The notes: a model not told the origin generated them from the sequence alone. A DNA stretch of 64,000 nt from Anthoceros angustus (GCA_010909165.1 VJWM01000025.1:3100001-3164000); one strand, 5' to 3'; shown: positions 46,885-60,298, counted from the first letter of the stretch. Translations and numbers: made by a program.

Positions 46885-49320
46885 TGTGTGCGCGACTTTC
46901 GGCTGACCGTAGCCGGCGCCACAATCCCGTGTCGTTGTAGTAAGTCCGCTCCCAAGAGAATGATAGGCTCCGTTTGCAGCGTTCAATCGATTCTCACCTC
47001 ACTTTGTGACCGTTCGCCTCAACACACACATCCGTCATTTTGCGCTAACTACTCGTAACGTCGCCGAGCAGGGCCCGGTGTGTTGTGCGTTTAAGGACAG
47101 ATTGGCGTTCGATTATCGCTCGCTCGTCACTCGTTCCTCTGGTCAGATTCCTCTCACCACTCTCACTACCCTCATCAACCTTGGGGAACAGCGAGTGGGC
47201 GCACGATCCGGACCTCCTCCGTCGGCTGCCGGGTCTCTCCAGGTCGGGCTGCGCCGCCTCACCCAGGTTCTCAGCTCACGTTCGGTCGGATTCGGGCCGG
47301 CGCCCGCTGCAGACGAACAAAAGGGTCCCCGATCGCTCTTCCTGCACACACCACTACGTTAGGGTCCATCACCGGGACCTTGATCGGTCTCTCCGGGGCG
47401 TGCACCTTTCGATGACTCGGGACTCACGTTAGCAAGAAGGCGCACAAGTGCGCGAGCGCATCAACACCAAGAGAAGATGATTTACTCGGGGCCTCGACCC
47501 TCTTATACTCGCGGTCGGCGCCTTTAATACATCCTATTACGGTGAGGGCCAGCTCGGTAACTGTCGGACGCCTACTATTCTCCTATTCCTCCTATCCGCC
47601 CGTCGGTGGTGGTACAGGATGGCCATGATTCCATCTTAACACCCCGGCGGCCCAAAACCGGCGACTGCGGGCGCGCAATCGGATGATCGCGGTGGACCTT
47701 CCTCTCCAGTGCACTGCGCCACCGTGGCGGCACGGATCACCACTAAGTCCTCCTCCCTCCTCTCGTATCTCTCTGGCGGGCCCTGCGCAGCAGGCCCTCA
47801 AAAGTGCAGTGAAATTGGGTGACTTTCCCCCCCCACAGTCGGGACCTCGGGACCCGTCTCGACTCAGTCCGGACCTCTAGGTCAGATCTTCCTGGGGTCC
47901 GGTCCCTGTCGGCCTCTTTGCAGGTTCGGACCTCGGGGTCGGACTTGCCTAGGTCCGGTCTTGGACCCAACCCTTCCCCAGGTCGGACCTCGGGGTCCGG
48001 TCTCGTCACTAAGTCTGGATCTCTAAGTCGGACTTCCTTGAGGCCGGACTTGAGCGGCCTTTCCTCAGTCGGACAAAGTCCGACTCCCCATGGTTCTGCC
48101 TCCTCACGGGTGATCACGGGCTCATCCATTGAGCCCTCCTTGGTTCCCCGAATGCCGGTTGCGCCCTTCCACGGCCTCCCGGGATCCTCCTCCCTTCCTT
48201 CCGTGCGAGGGTCAGTGCTTACCTCCGAGTGTAGTGACCCTTCCTCCGCCCGGCTCCTCCCGCTCTCCCTCTTGGCTAGCTGCATCGTCATCAAGCAGCG
48301 CTCCTAGGGTCCCGTGGCTGCTGCTGTCCCCGTCCTTCCTCCTTGCTCCTCCTTGGCCCCTTGGAAGTCCAGCCCTCCCTGGGGTGGCGGGACCTCCATA
48401 GCCTTGAGGAGCTTTGCGTGGTAATAAGGCGGAATCGACTTGTTGAATCGCCTCCTCCACATGAGCCGGGCACCCGTGCCTCCCTCCTCCAGAGGTGCTC
48501 GGCTGGGCATGTTGTCGGGCTTCTTGGCCCGTCTCGTGGCCAAGCTTACGGTGGTAGGCGGACTCCCTTGATGCCGTCAAAGGCGGCCTCCACCTCCTGC
48601 GGCCTTGACTGCTGCTCGACATTCTCCTCCTCCCGTCGTTGTTCGCTCTGCGGTTTTGCGGGCCATGGGTGAGCTCCCCCTCTCACCTTACCTTGGCAGA
48701 CGGCGGCCCGTTGCTTCTCCTCCGGATTGCTTTCTTCCCTCCGTTTATCCTTTCCGGTCCGCTACTTCCTTCTCCGGGCGGGCGGTATCCCGTCAAACTC
48801 GCAGCTTCCTCCACCTCTGCTGCGGCCTCGCGGCGTCAAACTCCTTGCCGCAATCGCCTATTCTCCTCCGTCTTCAAGCGGGCGGGCGCTCTATCTCCTC
48901 GAAGTCTTGAATTCTCTCGTTGAGAACCCCTGCTTTGCTCCGTCGTCTCTTGGTTGCGGCTCAAAGGTATCCTTCTTTGTCCTCCGGCTCCTTGCCGCCC
49001 TTCTACCTCCTGCGGTTGCACCACAGGGTCCCCGATCTCCCGGGTCTTGACCTCAACGCCTCCTCACGGCTCGGCCGTACTTGCTCCCAGCCGCTGCTCG
49101 GCCCGGGTTGGCGGCTACGGTCTCCCTCCACCGGTTCCGATCACGTCGATAGTGATCATTGACCTTCTTGGTGGCTTCCGCCGCCTTGGTGAGCCTCGGC
49201 TGGCTGCTGGGCGGCACGCCTCGGCAGTCGCGAGCCCTCTCCGCCTCTGCTGCGCCTCCCCTCGCTTCGTTGGCGAGATCCTCGGCCGTGCTTGGGCTGC
49301 GTACCTTGATTGCTCACCCA
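46885..49320 (-). mobile_element. Partial LTR of a diverged subfamily of the same gypsy element
   Basis: Shares CACAATCCCGTGTCGTTGTAG, GACTCGGGACTCACGTTAGCAAGAAG, GTCCGGAC arrays and U3-ORF peptides, with many substitutions. Confidence 0.85.
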
Positions 49321-51030
49321 GCTAAAGAAACTTAGTCCGGTCCTGTCGAATGGACCAGACTTCCCTCTCGGCCTCCCGGCGCTTCCCCTCCTCGGAAGCC
49401 CATCAAACACGCTCGCCGCATCCAGTAGTAGGAAGCGAGTAAGCACCCGGTTCTGTTTGCGCAGGAGGGCTTCCGAGGTCTGCCATCTACACTGCTGCAG
49501 CATGTCAATGTAACGCAGAGGATGTGCGGCTCGAGTGACCGGAAGCCGGTGGAGGAAGTGAAGAAAACTCTGGAATGGATTTCGGAGCTCACCATGACAA
49601 TATGTATATACATTCTGCAACAGGACCACCTAATCTAAGCCTTAGGGCGGGATGGAAGGAGCACTTGTGCATGTGCTGCAAAGTTATGTACAGGTTGGGA
49701 GCATCCCTTGTGTCTACACTCCCGTGGCCACAGAGGTAACCATGACACCCCAGCTACTCCTACAAGTCCTCGCGTCCCCCTCCCATTGCAAAGTGTCCAG
49801 CAGCGTCTCTACTTGGCGGGCAGCGTCTTGGTACGTCGCGGCCCACTCCTTGTCTCGGAGAGCTGACCCGAAGTACGTCCTGGCTTCCAGAAACTCACCC
49901 ATGAGCACACACGTCCGTCCCAGAGCCTCATACAGCCTTCCCAGCAGAATGGCAATCGCGGAATCTAGTTGCTTCCTGTCGCACAGGGCCAAGCTGTGCT
50001 CCCGGGTTTCGGCATGTTCACCCCCGCTTTCTTCCAGGGCTGGGTGTGCCTGACCGGGATTACCAGGAGCATCTATAGATCCCGCATTCAGCGAAGCTTG
50101 CAGGACACCGACAGCTTCCTCCAGATCAATCTTCGCAGACTCTATGAGCCCATTGTCTCGAGGTACCTGGCTTGTGCTGTGCAGAGTACTGAGGTGGAGA
50201 CTAACCTGCACGTTTACATCAGCCACCGAGATTGCATATCAGAACCATGCTTGGCTTGGCCAATGCCGTGTGTGCAGAATTGAAGTCTCCAGCCCACCCA
50301 CTTCCTACCTTGCAGCTGCCTAGACAGAAAAGGGCTTCAGCGTGCTCGTAGGGTATATTGCTGACGCTCATAGCATCAGCCGCAGCCTGTAAGCTGCTCA
50401 AGTGCTGTGTACCCTTTTGCAGTTCAGCGAGAAGCCTGAGAAGGCAACATGTCAATGCATTGCAGACTTGAGGATGAAGTTGGGCTGTGCGGCAGCCATC
50501 AACGCCACACAACTGAGCTCACCTCAAGCAACGGGCCTCTTCAGCTTTCATGTGCAGTCTCCGTGCAGCAACCAGAGCCCCTAGCAGATGCCTCTTTGCC
50601 ACATCTGTGTCGCCCGATTTCAGAGCTGCCACTCCCGCCAGCCTTCCAGCTTTTACAAGAATTTCACGTAACTGAGCATAATATGACTCCGACCGCTGTT
50701 TCAAGTCCTCCTGTCCAGCTTCTGATTGAAGCTCAGCCTCGAGAATTGAAGCTGCAGCCTCGAAGAAAGCATGCGCTCGTTTGAACTCTTCCCTCTTGAG
50801 CTGGCACTGACCTTCATCAAGCAAGCACATCCCTGCTTCAAGCTTCATCCCACTTCCTTGACAGGCTTGCAGTAAGGCGAGGTGACACTTCTCCGCCCTG
50901 TAAGTCTGACCAGATTTTGCATACAGGGTAGCCATTGCCACCCACGCCATCACTTGCCCTCTCAAAGAGTGCTTGGCAACAACCTCTGATCCAGCCGTGT
51001 TCTCCATCCTTACCGTCTTTTCTGCCAGCC
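49320..51030 (-). CDS. TPR-like repeat protein, multi-exon; 3' end runs into the LTR fragment
   Basis: Helical TPR-like segments: EAGMCLLDEGQCQLKREEFKRAHAFFEAA, AEALFCLGSC, LLGRLYEALGRTCVLMGEFLEARTYF. Confidence 0.6.
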
Positions 51031-51257
51031 TGAAACCATGCAAGGTTCAAGCACATGAACACACAGAGCAAAAATAAAGGAAACGCCTTCAAAGACCATC
51101 AACACAGACAAATAGAGCCACATGGTACCTGAAAAACCGTGCAGAAGCCTCAAATTCAACCGTGGCACCCGATGTATTGTTCTGCATTTAAAAGTACGGT
51201 CAGTCTAACTACCCACGTGGGACAAACTTGCACCAGATCCCCTACTCTGATAAGCGT

Positions 51258-52943
51258 TCAGCGAGAACCTACCTCAGCAACCATCTGAGCTGCATGCACC
51301 ATACATGCAACAGCATTCTGGTAATAATCCGATGACCCATTGGCCTCAGAGTGAGTTGTGGTGCAACCTTCAGGTGCTACCCTCCTTGCACTCAGTGACT
51401 GCAGAGACTTCAATGCCTCTGCCACTGATTGTTCCCGAAACATGAGCAGGCTGCTGCTGACGGCAGGCTTCCCCTGTGCTGATTTCTGTTCGCTTGAAAC
51501 CCCACATTTCTCTGCCGAGTCCACCTTCATATGCAAGTTATTGCATCCTACGATGTGCACAACATCCTCCTCGGTAAGCACACTTGCTTTCTCTGACCGT
51601 GTCGAAACCTGCTTCATGGAGCGCTTCCAGCCTGGACCGCAGCCAGGATCACTGTGGTCTTCAGAGCTTCCTTCGCAGGTACCATGCTTGGTTTCACCCT
51701 CTTCTCTTGTGCGGCTCCCACCAGTCTCTGGCTCCAGGTTAGGAGCATCTTTCTCTGAACCAGGTGCAGATGCAGATGGAACCCTGGGAGAACCAGGTTC
51801 AACTCTGCAAGATAGTATGTGCCAAGGGAGTGATGAGCATCATACATCAACAGCCTGCTAGCCGTGCAAGCTCAACAAACAGATATGCACCTCAACTGCC
51901 TTGAATCTCCGTCCTTCTTGTTCTTGCGCTTTTTCCTCTTCTCACTCTTGCCTGACACATATCCTTGGCTATTTTTCCCTTTACGACGATTCTTCTGATC
52001 CTTCGTCCTAGAGCTTTGCGGCTTGTGACCCACTGTGTGCGATACTGTTGAGCTAATGGGCTCTTGCACGCCAGGAGCCCACTGCACGTGCAACTTCGGC
52101 CTTGGGCCGAGTCCAGTGACTTCATGACCTCCTCTCAAGGCAGATCTGGGTCGAAAGGTGGACTGCAGCTTCACAGGAGTGGATCATAAGCATAGCCGCC
52201 TTGCACATAACTCAACCCAGCCCTGAAGTTGACAAGAAGTTCACTACAAGAAAGTTGAACGTAATCTACTGTTACATTGCAGAGCTCTGGGGGAAATGAC
52301 CTACCGGGAAAGTGGACGAGCGCATCAACTTGGTTCCTTCCGGGGAGCTGGAAAGAAAGTGTTCATCACATGTGCTGGAGCCCTCATGCTCCGTCCCTGC
52401 ACTCTGCCCTGCCGTGTCCTCATCAATTGCACACTTCCCGCCATTCGAAGGGAAGGAAACACTTCTGGACAGATTCGAGTCCGACAACGGCCTCATCTGA
52501 CAAAGGCTCTCATTCTGCTCCGGATCCCCACCGTCCTGGGCTGGGGTTGAGCTCTGCGATGACCGTCTCGAGTTTCTCTTCTTCTTTCTCCGATTCTGCC
52601 TAGATGAGCCATCCGGCGGTACTTGCTCCTTCCCATCCCTAACCGCACAGTCGCTACCAAACGACCCCCCTGAATTGCTCTTCACCAAAGCCTCGTCCTT
52701 GTCACAATCCGGCAACGCAGACCAAGACTCCTGCGCACCAAAATCCTTCCGCACCAAGCTCACTAAAACATCCCTCCTATGTGACCCTGCGAACCCGTTG
52801 GGCTGATGGCATTGCGAGTCACATTCCCTGCACAAAGCTGCACCGCAACTGTCGCACCACACCTCTGCCAGCACCTCCTCACAATCTTGACACGGCCTGC
52901 CTGCTTCAGCAGTGCTTTTCATGATTTGCAGGGGCTTTGGCAT
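51258..52943 (-). CDS. B-box zinc-finger protein with a conserved plant SAxxG...KLxVxWAPxVxxP...SHTV motif; at least 3 exons
   Basis: CQDCEEVLAEVWCDSCGAALCRECDSQCHQPNGFAGSHRR (B-box); exon ~51888-52174 reads SALRGGHE..KLHVQWAPGVQEPISSTVSHTV; last exon ~51258-51857. Confidence 0.75.
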
Positions 52944-53633
52944 CTGAGACCCGACAGCCAGCCGATCATGGAGTCACAGAAAACCCAACGCAGCTGGCTC
53001 CAACCTTCACACTCTCTGCACTGCACCAGACTAAAATTCCACTCACCGCAACACCAACTACAGCTACTCCAAACACCCACAACTCCACGATCCAAATCCC
53101 AATCCCTTGCTCTCGCGCTACCCCCAACAGGCACACACAATCCCGTCCACTTCTCCAGATCCCGCGCCCCGCGCCGGATGAGAAAAGGCAGAAGTGGCAA
53201 CTTCACAACCCGGCTGCGATCTGCCCATGCCCAGAGGCGGTGGACACATTGTCTGAAGAGGATGAACATGGGCGCCTGGAGATTCAGGGGCGAAACGGGT
53301 TTCGCCGCTAACGTTCATCCCATCGTGCCAGCCCGGTCCCGGGCCCGGCGAAACCAAGCCGGGGCCCGCCGGATGCAGGAATCTTGCTGACGCGGGGAAA
53401 AATCCATTCACGAATATTGTTGTACGTATGCAGTAGTGTACAGTATGTGTGTACGCGGGGAAGAAACCCATTCTTCCCGAGTTTTGAGAGATGGAAAAAC
53501 CCATCTACCCCAAAAGGAAAAGGGGGAACAACCTGACCAAGGGCACCATGCCAAGGGGGACTAACCCCCGCGATTGCTGACCTCAAAACTACAAATCGGA
53601 GATAGAATTTCGTGGTCGGGGATAACAAAAGGC

Positions 53634-54440
53634 CTACCTACCACCGGAGCTGAAAAAGCCGCCTCCCCTCCCCTGCGCTTGTTGCTGTCCTGTACACGCG
53701 TTCACCAACCCTCTTTGCAAGGCAATGGACACCCGTTGCCTGCAGAAAGCCACAATACTAGAAAGAGGAAGACCAACCCCATTTTTGCGATTGTGGTACG
53801 CCTTGGCACAAGCCTTGAAAAACCTTAAGAAATCCTTGCCCATGGCCACATGGGTCTCAATGGCAAGGGGGATAAAGGTACGGTCCTCGTGTAGAGGAGA
53901 GTACTTGTGGACCTTGGCCGTCGCATAGCCCTCCGTCGCCCAACCCGGAGGGTTAAGGATCATATGTTCGCAGACAGAGTCCCGGGTGGGGTCTATTACA
54001 ACCACATCGGCAACAGAAACTTGGTCTCCCCGAGACAGAAAAAGGTCAGCCCTGAGAGAAATGCCGTTGAGCAAGGTGTATGAGCGCTCCCTATGAGGAA
54101 TGAACCCGCTCTCCTTGGCCATTGAAAACATGACATCCGGACGGCGTCATGCGTAGCAATGCGCTGTCCGCCAGGAAGACACCGGGTCAGGTGGGTCCCC
54201 TAGTCATCGAGGGGGGCTCCACAACTGCAAGTAAAGAGCAGGCAAGAGGTTGGACCAAGCTCAGGCGAAAGTGCATCGCGGTGGAAAATGTTACTAGTGC
54301 GATGCGAAACAATTGGATACTAGGTCGGGGCAGAAGCTAAGAACCTGCTCCCTTCCTTGAGCAAGAGCGAAGCCGAGTTCGAGTGGCCTCATTGCACTTC
54401 TTGAGGAAAAAAAAGGCCTCCGAAAGTGGCAAAAAAGAGA
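53634..54440 (-). mobile_element. 3' fragment of a CRE/R2-like non-LTR retrotransposon (Zn knuckle plus restriction-like endonuclease)
   Basis: ACSCGAPLDD*GTHLTRC..RIATHDA followed by LRADL..ADVVVIDP..AKVHKY..FIPLAIET..RVSIALQR. Confidence 0.8.
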
Positions 54441-55697
54441 GCCTTGCATGTCGTCCAAAATATCCCACAACCCACCCTTCTACGTTAGTGGCATATCGTA
54501 CTTTGCCATGTGGCTGCTACACGTGTCATTTATAAAATCTCATACCCTAACAAATCTAATTCACACAGCATGTTTAATACCTATCCTATTTCACATAGCG
54601 AGTCTGATACATGTTGTTCATAAAATCTCAGACCTTAAAAGGTTTGTTTCACACAACACTTTTGATATGTTCCGCATATGATAACCATTTCTTTCCAAAC
54701 AATACATATTTTATGGGTAGTTGAAGGTATATGTGTAGATTAGGGGTAGGTTTGGTATAGCTGCCATGCGCGTATAACCTTGGGTTGTGAGTGCTGCCGG
54801 TGGTGATAGGCACAACTTATTAGAACAACAAGCCAAAACCCTTGGGATCTGCGGAAGAAGATGTGGGGTGGCACGAGGTTGCCGGTGAGAACCGTTAGGC
54901 ACCGTGCCACCCAGCCATTGCTGCGCCACTGCCCACCACGGTACCGCCCCATGGTGGTGGGGTGGTGCCCATAGGCGCGGATGAAGTCGAAGGACTGGTA
55001 CTGATCTAGGCGCGGAGGCAACCGGAGCTTGAGGGATGGGTAGGCGGTGTAATAAGAGCAACGGCGAATGTACAAATCAAGAAGACACGTGGCAGGCACT
55101 GTGAGGGAAAGAAATTCGTCCAAAACCTCACCATATATAACGTTTCCAATGCTTCTTTAAAAAAGCTTGTAATGTATGAAATATGTTAAGGGTTTAGGTT
55201 TAAAAGTGTTGAATATGTATAAAGCCGGAGTCAAGCCGGCTAGATCTGCAACCGTGACAACTCAACAATTTGGGCAAGCCCAGGGGCAGCAAGGTGTGTT
55301 TCACAGGCAATACCAAGCTCAAGGAGCCAAGTACAACCCCCCTCGAACTAGGAAGCCTAGAGGTCCAGAGCTTGCAGCCAGATCCACAGCACACACTAGT
55401 GAGCAAGTTGAGCTCAAGCCTATCGAATTTAGACAGCATGTACCTTAGGCTGAATTTGGTCCGAAAATTACTTCCCGGTTCGGATTTGCAGACTAACATT
55501 TGGACTGCATCTTAAGTTTCCGATTTTTGAAGGAAGTTGTTGCGTGCATTTTAAAAATATGGCTCTTTGGGTCACCGCGGCTATTCGCAGTGGGCCGTTC
55601 GAGACACCCATCCCCTCTCTCATACGAATGTGGCGAAGTTTTTAGAAACTCTGGCACACTTGCCAGCTTTAAACTTATTCATGGTACAAGTTTGTCA

Positions 55698-55800
55698 AGT
55701 ACCAAGTCCCTGTGTCCAGTACCAAGTCCCTTTGTCAAGTACCAAGTCCCTGTGTCCAGGACCAAGTCCCGTCGTCAAGTACCAAGTCCCATGATACCAA
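55698..55800. repeat. Minisatellite, ~5 x 20 bp
   Basis: AGTACCAAGTCCCTGTGTCC-like units in tandem. Confidence 0.85.
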
Positions 55801-55820
55801 AATTCCATCCAGGTGAATTA

Positions 55821-56563
55821 CAGTCAGACCCCTCTAATTGGGAACAATTGGGAGTAGCAAAAATCGTCCCATTTAGAGGGGTTCCCGTTTAGGCATTTTC
55901 ATCTTTTTTGAAAATAAAAATATTTAAAAATCAAAAAATTCTTTAAATCAAAAATTCGAAAGAGCTTAAAAGCTTCCAAAAAATCCAAAAAAATCCAAAA
56001 AATCCAAAATGCTCCCTCATACTACATAGCTGCCAACCTAATTCTAGTTTGCCGGGTTAAAATAATCATCAATCCTTGATTGATGCTGAGTTGCTTTCAT
56101 CCAATGACTAGCAATATGTTTTTCCAACTGAGAATGCAACTTCAAAGCATCAAGAGTGTTATGTGGCATCTCTTCCAAAAACATCTTCGCTATCCTCATA
56201 GCATTATCTACAGCATCCTTTGTCGTACGCGGTCTTGGCGCTATGGTCTCCACTGACGCTGTATCATTCTCCTCACCCTCCTTATTGACAGGCGGAGGGA
56301 TTAATGCTTGCCATATTTCGTCCTCTGTAGGAATATTGTAATCTCGATAAGACGATTTCCTCAATTTTTTTATTTTTTTAAAAAAATATGTATTTTCCCT
56401 TTTACAGAGGTGTACTTGCATTGAATGTTTGGGAGACATGTTCCCATTTACAAATTAGAGGGGTTTCCCATTTAGCATGTAGCACATTCAAGGGAGTAAG
56501 CCCGGGCGTCCCATTTAAAGGGGGTTGCCATTTATAGGGGTCCCAATTAGAGGGGTTTGACTG
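55821..56563. mobile_element. Non-autonomous pogo/Tc1-mariner-type element, 743 bp
   Basis: 23-bp TIRs CAGTCA(G/A)ACCCCTCTAATTGGGA; TA TSD at 55819-20 and 56564-65; internal (-) remnant ending QSRIDDYF, like pogo/Tigger C-termini. Confidence 0.92.
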
Positions 56564-57141
56564 TACAACGGACTTCTTCTTCTTCCACACCGAAACTATC
56601 AAAACTCCGCAATTAAGCGCCCATAGGGTACTAGGATGGGAGATTAAGATTTGCTGCATTCTCACAACACACAACCCTGCGCGATGCCAGATGATTGATA
56701 TCTATCAATTTTTAAATGCTCTTGTTTTGTACACTTGACTAATCCTATGACTTTTGCCTGGTTCCATGGGCCGCGGCCCGGCCTGGCCGGTGTTGGAGGA
56801 AAGCGGGCCTGGTGCTTCCTGTCTGCACGCTTTCCCGGGTTGTTTGTATAAAGCGTCGATTTCCGAAGGCATAGCCGATTCGCGAGGGGCATCGGGCGAT
56901 TTCTTCTCTGGGCGACTGGCGCTAAGATTCGTGCTCGACGAGAGGTCCGAATGATATTTGTGGTTGCTGTTACGGTGCTGATTTCGCTTGGATTCAGCCA
57001 CTATGTGTCCGGGAAATGGGATGTAGCTGAATCCAGGCCGCGGAGATGGAAGTGGTTGGGGACTAAAGTGAGTTCTGGTTGATGGTAATTCGTCGCAGAA
57101 CTCATGCGTTTTCTGTGTGACCGGTGGCAGGCTCGAGGAGG

Positions 57142-60100
57142 ATGGAGCAGAGGGAAACAGAAGGGACGTTGGATTTTGCGGTTGTGTTTAGGGATAAGAC
57201 GCTGCAGATGAGAGTGGATGGGGGTAGCACGGTGAGGGACCTGGGGGAGCAGTTGCTTGTGCTTACAGGGGTGGCGCCACACACTCTCAGGCTCGTTTTG
57301 CCGTCGTCGAAGAGAGGAGCGGCAATTGCCGCAATTTCCCCTTTTTCGGAGCAGGATTCAAACATGTCTCTGCAGCAGGCAGGGTTCCATGGGGTAAGGG
57401 CCGGTTTTCTTGTGCCGTCGTAATTCATGCGAATACTGTGTAGAGCTGACGTTGAAGTGAATCTGAAGGGGCAAGTGGTAAGGATGATGGGCGCTCTTGC
57501 TAGAGAGATTTCTGAAATGGAAACCTTGTCCAATAAAGAGAGGACCGTCGGTTTTAAGGAAGAGGAAGACAGGGCGAGACGCCGGTCGGAGTATGGGTAC
57601 GGTGTGAATCCGCTCCCGAGGGGTTCTTATGTGTTCAATGATTTCCGTACGTTACAGCTTCCTGGTATAGAGGTTGGTATCTCTCTGCTGTTTTCACCGC
57701 TTTTCCGGAATTGAGTCCCCTGCTCTTCGCTGAGTATCAAAAGTTGGTTTACAGTTGAACCCACCGCCTTCAAAGGCGTTGGAGATTATGCATAGGCTCG
57801 CCAGTGACCACGGTATCGTTGCCATTATGAACAAGGTACTTCCGGTTCTTGCTCGTCCACCACCGGGTTTCTGTCATGTGCAAGGAACCTGATGGCGTTT
57901 TTCTGCTTACAACAGCACCGGTGGATGGTTGGAGTTATGACAGAGCTGGCCCCTGTCGGCTATGTTGGCATCAGCCCCAAGTGTCTTCTAGGCTTCAACA
58001 AAGTAAGTAGCTGAGGGAGGTTACTACTTTCAATCGTGAGTTATCTAAGTCTCTAAGCTTGTTGTTTAAGCGTGAGTGATCTCGTGACAAAAGTTTTTTC
58101 TGGAGTTTCAAGTCAACACTTATTCGCAAATTGATGTCCTGTAAAGAACCGTGGAGAGGAAATATCTCTGCGACTCCGGACTGATGATTTGAAGGGGTTC
58201 CGGAAGTATGAAACCATCAAAAAGACTCTCTTGCATGAGCTGGTAGAGCTCCTTCCCATTTCCATCCATGTTGTACTCCCAGTTTTTTTGCAAGAGATGG
58301 ACAGTAACCCGGGCCTCTTCCCATGCAGGCGCATATGGTACATGATGAACATGACGAGAACTTTCATGCGCTTGATAAACAGGTGTCCCAATCGAGCTCG
58401 ATCATTTTCTGAGCAAAAATTTTCCTTGAGAGATAATTTCATTTGTACCTGCTTGTTGCGCTCAAGAGGTAGTGGTTGCTTATTTTCCTTGTTTGTGTTC
58501 TGTCGTATTGTAACTCCTTGTGGCAGCTCAATGAAGAAGCGATTGCTTTAGACTGGACAAGGTCTCGCAGTCACAATTTGGGTGGCCTTAAGGGCTATGA
58601 CCCGGTGCCTACCGATTTAGGTGCCGCTGGAACTAGTAAGGTTCACATTTTAGGGGGCAACAGATCTACTGCATTTGTGGCTCCATCAGAAGCTGCTGCT
58701 AGAGCTGCTTTGCACAGATCAGCCTTCTTGGCTGCGGCTGAACCTGGAGACACTAACTGTCCCATGGAAAAGCCATTGGAGGAGTCAGATGATCGGCAGA
58801 AACATGGAAAGGGAAAGACAGTGACAGTATTAGGTGAAGGATTCGGGGCTGATGATTCTGAACATGACTTCGAGAGCGACCTGAATCTGACCAAATATGT
58901 CAAGTTGGAGCCTGTGCTGGAAGAACAAGATGACACTCACACTCAGATCAACTCCCAGTCTCCGTTTAAACCGCTGAGATCGGAACCTGAACCTGATGAT
59001 GCTTCAGAACAACTGAGGTCAGAACCTGATCCCGATGATGCTGTTGAACTGCTGAGGCTCCAACCTGATCCTGACGATGTGGAAATGGTCAGATCTGAGA
59101 CTGATCCCAATGATGCTGTTGGAAAGTTGAGGTTAAAGCCTGACCCTGATGATAGTGAACTGCGGGTTTCGGAGCCTAATTCTAATAGTGCTGCTGTAAA
59201 GTCGGGACTAGAACCTTATCCTGATGATAGTGAACTGCTGACGTTTGAGCCTGATCCGGATGACCCTGTTGCAAATCTGAGAGTAGAACCTGATCCTGAT
59301 GACTCTGAAGTGCTTACGTCCGAGTCTGGTCCGGAGGATGCTGTTGCCAAGTTGAGACTGGAACCGGATCCTGATGACACTGAGCTGCGGATGTCAGAGC
59401 CTCAGTCTCATGATGGCTCTGAATCTATCCCTGATAATATGGACGTCAGCCACACAGTCGAGTCCGGAGGAGGACTATCAGGATCGAAGAGAAGCTATGA
59501 GCCTGATCCTGATGACAGCAGTATGACAGTCGATGAGACTGACTTGTACAGTATGGAGCTGAGGAGAATACAGGAAGCCACAACAGCAGCAAGCATCCGT
59601 CTTGGGGAGGCATTAGAAAGGTTAAAACAAGAAGCTGGTCCTTCAAGAGCTGTCATGTCGGCTCAAACACTCTCAAGGATTTTAAGGTTTGTGTATGTTG
59701 CTTCTTCTCAGTTTCGCTGCAAGTGACTTGTCTGGTTAAGCACTCACAGTTTACCTGGTGATGCAGGAACGTCACTGAGCACCCAAATGAACGCAAGTTT
59801 CGGCGTCTTAGAAAGGTTGGTGCAGGGTTTGAATGTGTTGCTCGTGCTAGCGGCCGTTGGACTGGGTTTGTTGTGTTGGTGTGAAAGCGTGACATGCTGC
59901 TGCACCCATGGAAATTGTTAGGTACACTGGATTCAGTATCTCTTGGGATATAGTGTTGCCCTGACATTCTTCTCTTTCTGACTAGATGCTTTGCTTTATT
60001 TTTTCTCAGACAAATCCTACCTTCATGCAATTAGTTGGGCAGTTCGAAGGTATGTTTATGACATCAAGGAAATTCTGGATGTTGAATATTCTTTGCACGA

Positions 60101-60298
60101 GTGCTCCACAAGCATTCTAATAGGCAGCCGAATCTCCTTGCAGGTGCATTGGAGTTCCTTGCTGCCGTGGGGTTCACTGAAGGGGAGTCTGAGGAGGAAC
60201 CAGGTGGGATGACCACGGATTTTCTAGTTTTAACAAGAAATGATCCAGGACTGTTGTGGCTTGCCCGTAGTTCTCTAGACGCAGCTTGTTTGGCGTGA
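57142..60298 (+). CDS. WSS1B: Ubiquitin-like + WLM (Wss1) metalloprotease + PUB domain protein, ~10 exons
   Basis: UBL exon MEQ..FAVVFRDKTL; WLM exons HRWMVGVMTELAP, NRGEEISLRLRTDDLKGFRKYETIKKTLLHEL|AHMVHDEHDENFHAL (HExxH split by an intron); PUB NVTEHPNERKFRRLRK..GALEFLAAVGF; GT-AG introns. Confidence 0.9.
58975..59520 (+). repeat. Coding repeat, ~13-aa period (L-R-x-EPDPDD), more than ten units
   Basis: Repeated EPDPDD variants within ORF 58476-59726. Confidence 0.85.

Noticed and set aside
55698-55800. CRISPR-like array
   Set aside because: Contiguous 20-bp units with no unique spacers, no cas genes, eukaryotic context
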